From Actinomycetes bacterium (lineage in GTDB: Bacteria; Actinomycetota; Acidimicrobiia; IMCC26256; PALSA-610): 64,000 bases of DNA. Position numbers and translations under genes: made by a program. Within the stretch, counting starts at the first letter, position 1. Each line of letters starts with the position of its first letter. The notes below the pieces were generated by a model that was not told the DNA's origin, searched no databases, and saw nothing but the letters and a program-made list of their open reading frames with translations. The stretch spans positions 7,629-71,628 of the forward strand of contig JAODBJ010000238.1 in assembly GCA_025463905.1 (NCBI GenBank), read 5' to 3'. Below, piece after piece: positions 62,053 to 64,000 of the stretch.

Positions 62053-63161
62053 AGCTCGCGCTGGCGTCCGGCCCGCCGCGCGCGGCGTTCGTGGCGTTCC
62101 AGCGCGAGCTCGATGAGCCGGTCGATCAGCTTCGGGTACGGCAGGCCCGACACCTCCCATAGGCGCGGGTACATCGAGATCGGCGTGAACCCCGGGATCG
62201 TGTTGAGTTCGTTCACCAGGAAGCCCCGGCCTCCTTCCTCGAAGAAGAAGTCGACGCGGGCCATCGCGTCGCAGCGGCAGGCCTCGAAGGCACGCACCGC
62301 GAGCGAGCGCGCCTCGGCCACTTGGGCGTCGGTGAGCGGTGCCGGCGCGAGCAGCTGGGCGTCGCCGTTCTCGTACTTGTCGGCGTAGTCGTAGAACTCG
62401 GCCCCGGGCACGACCTCGCCCGGCAGCGACGCCTCCGGCGGGTCGTCGCCGAGCACGGCGACCTCGATCTCGCGACCGACGATCGCTTCTTCCACCACCG
62501 CCCACTCGTCGTACGAGTGCGCGAGCGCGAGCGCGGCGCCGAGCTCAGCGGGGTCGTGCGCTTTCGACACGCCCACCGACGAACCCATGTTGGCCGGCTT
62601 GACGAAGCACGGGAACCCGAATTCGGCGGCGACGCGATCGGCGAATGCGCCAGCGTCCGCTCCGTCGCGTAGCGCGTCGTAACGCGTTTGGGGCAAGCCG
62701 CACGCGGCGAACGCGCGTTTCATCATCACCTTGTCCATGCCCACCGCGGAGCCGAGCACGCCCGAACCGACATAGGGCAGCCCGGCCAGGTCGAGCAGCC
62801 CTTGCACGGTGCCGTCTTCGCCGTACGGACCGTGCAGCAGCGGCAGCACGACGTCGATCGACACGCGTTGCTCGCCGTTCACCGCAACAAGGTCGGCGCT
62901 GCTCGGATCCGTCGGCGCTTGGACCGGCTCACCTGCGACTTCGAACGCGGCCGGCAACGCGTCGCGTCCCTTGTCGAGGAGCGCCTGCGCTTCGCCGGCG
63001 AGCAGCCACCTACCGTCGGTGGTGATGCCGACCGGCACGACCTCGTACCGCTCGGGGTCGAGCGCGCGGGCGACCGCTACCGCAGTCACACAGGACACGT
63101 CGTGTTCGGCCGAGCGCCCACCGAACAACAACAACACCCGCAGCTTGCGCCCCGAGGTCAC
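62043..63161 (-). CDS. ddl: D-alanine--D-alanine ligase
   Basis: VLLLFGGRSAEHDVS, FVKPANMGSSVG, and NELNTIPGFT. Confidence 0.95.
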   Translation of the reverse strand: MTSGRKLRVLLLFGGRSAEHDVSCVTAVAVARALDPERYEVVPVGITTDGRWLLAGEAQALLDKGRDALPAAFEVAGEPVQAPTDPSSADLVAVNGEQRVSIDVVLPLLHGPYGEDGTVQGLLDLAGLPYVGSGVLGSAVGMDKVMMKRAFAACGLPQTRYDALRDGADAGAFADRVAAEFGFPCFVKPANMGSSVGVSKAHDPAELGAALALAHSYDEWAVVEEAIVGREIEVAVLGDDPPEASLPGEVVPGAEFYDYADKYENGDAQLLAPAPLTDAQVAEARSLAVRAFEACRCDAMARVDFFFEEGGRGFLVNELNTIPGFTPISMYPRLWEVSGLPYPKLIDRLIELALERHERRARRAGRQRELRR

Positions 63162-63192
63162 GCGCGCACCGTAGCCCGCCGGCTCCCCCGCA

Positions 63193-63558
63193 CTAGCCGA
63201 CCTTGAGAAGCGCGCGGATCCCGACGCCCATCAGGAACAGGCCGACGAGACCGTAGAGCAACTCGACCCGCCCGCGCATCTGGTAGCGGTACGAGTACGC
63301 GAGACCAACCGTGATGAACGCGACGAAGCCGTAGAACATGTGGAAGCGAGATGCGACGTAGTCGTGGCTCGACACGAGGATCACACCGGTGAGGACCTGC
63401 AGCATGATCGCCGCCTCGGCTGCGATCGTCGTGGCCCACACCCACTTGCCCCGCAACCGCGGCCAGCGCCATGCGGCGAGCGCGATGATCCCGGCAACCG
63501 CGTTGAAGACGATCGCGACGTAACCCCAGTCGCCGTGGAACCGGCGCAGCGCGCTCAA
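63193..63558 (-). CDS. Small integral membrane protein (4 predicted TM), unknown function
   Basis: Hydrophobic spans YVAIVFNAVAGIIALAAW, TTIAAEAAIMLQVLTGVILV, FYGFVAFITVGLAY and LYGLVGLFLMGVGI. Confidence 0.6.
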   Translation of the reverse strand: MSALRRFHGDWGYVAIVFNAVAGIIALAAWRWPRLRGKWVWATTIAAEAAIMLQVLTGVILVSSHDYVASRFHMFYGFVAFITVGLAYSYRYQMRGRVELLYGLVGLFLMGVGIRALLKVG

Positions 63559-63561
63559 GGG

Positions 63562-64000
63562 TTAGAGCGCCTGGTCGTCGGATGCGGCAACGAACGACGA
63601 ATCCCCGCCGCGCAACAAGTTCTTCAGCACCTTGCCGGCCGGATTGCGCGGCAACGGCTCGTCGCGAATGTCGATGTGGGCCGGCACCTTGAAGTCGGCG
63701 AGGTGCTCCTTGCAGAACGCTCGGATGCCGTCGACGGTCGCACTCGAGCCCGCCCGCAACTGCACGACGGCTTTCACTTCCTCGCCGAGCTCCTTGTGCG
63801 GCACGCCCACCACCGCGGCATCGATCACATCGGGATGATCGAACAGCACGTGTTCCACCTCGACGCAGTACACGTTCTCGCCGGCGCGGATGATCATGTC
63901 CGTCGCGCGATCGACGAGATAGAGGTAACCGTCTTCGTCGACGTAACCGATGTCGCCGGTGTGGAACCAGCCATCCGTGAGTGCGGCTGCGTTCGCGTCG
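63562..64000 (-). CDS. AMP-dependent synthetase/ligase (acyl-CoA ligase), C-terminal part; N-terminus off window
   Basis: The reading frame stays open upstream to position 64000. TGDIGYVDEDGYLYLVDRATDMIIRAGENVY...VVGVPH...EHLADFKVPAHIDIRDEPLPRNPAGKVLK are the A8-A10 motifs of the ANL superfamily. Confidence 0.85.
   Translation of the reverse strand, partial: DANAAALTDGWFHTGDIGYVDEDGYLYLVDRATDMIIRAGENVYCVEVEHVLFDHPDVIDAAVVGVPHKELGEEVKAVVQLRAGSSATVDGIRAFCKEHLADFKVPAHIDIRDEPLPRNPAGKVLKNLLRGGDSSFVAASDDQAL

Noticed and set aside
1-64000. Search for tRNA, rRNA, tmRNA or known riboswitch-sized elements in intergenic gaps.
   Set aside because: All gaps are under 280 bp. The largest (18499-18776, 30485-30668, 35276-35461, 61639-61790, 27198-27329) show no T-arm GGTTCGAnnCC, no anticodon-stem pattern and no recognisable riboswitch core when read by eye. 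A covariance-model scan (tRNAscan-SE/Infernal) would be the decisive check.

Overview
High-GC, actinobacterial-type chromosome segment with tightly packed genes, many joined by 4-nt start/stop overlaps. No rRNA, tRNA, CRISPR array or mobile element could be supported. Left part (1 to ~18,500) is an accessory cell-surface glycan locus that continues past the left edge. It holds five sulfotransferase-family genes, four to five glycosyltransferases (GT2/GT4), a Wzm/Wzt-type ABC exporter whose ATPase has an extra C-terminal domain, and a Wzz/BY-tyrosine-kinase co-polymerase. The co-polymerase heads the most unusual feature, a six-gene translationally fused operon (12064-17875): Wzz/BY-kinase, PqqD-like protein, PF14907-type nucleotidyltransferase, polytopic Wzy/ligase-like membrane protein, HPr-kinase-related P-loop kinase, second PqqD-like protein. 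This is a RiPP-style recognition and tailoring set with no cyclase, protease or visible precursor peptide, wired into polysaccharide chain-length and export machinery. It ends 2 bp from a convergent Tat-signal, Ser/Thr/Gly-rich LPXTG surface protein. I consider this operon the best candidate for an undescribed system, possibly a sulfated, phospho- or nucleotidyl-modified envelope polymer or protein. 18,777-21,992 encodes a methyltransferase, an alpha/beta hydrolase and a WS/DGAT acyltransferase. The rest (22,020-64,000) is conserved core, almost all on the minus strand: ispG-rip1-dxr-cdsA-frr-pyrH-tsf-rpsB, a lipoprotein, an M23 fusion, a WhiG/FliA-type sigma factor, xerC, then comM-dprA-HIT on the opposite strand, then yraN, DUF2469, rplS-trmD-rimM-KH-rpsP-ffh-ftsY, mscS, smc, acyP, mutM, rnc, an ACP-like gene, plsX, rpmF, yceD, coaD, rsmD, recG, a DAK2 gene, rpmB, pckG, ddl and a truncated acyl-CoA ligase. 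Oddities in the core: an ACP-like protein whose phosphopantetheine serine is replaced by Asp, a CdsA with a long disordered N-terminal extension, an M23-peptidase/alpha-beta-hydrolase fusion, an apparently inverted comM-dprA block, and an unlisted small membrane ORF. All functional calls rest on motifs and synteny read by eye; no database search was run.
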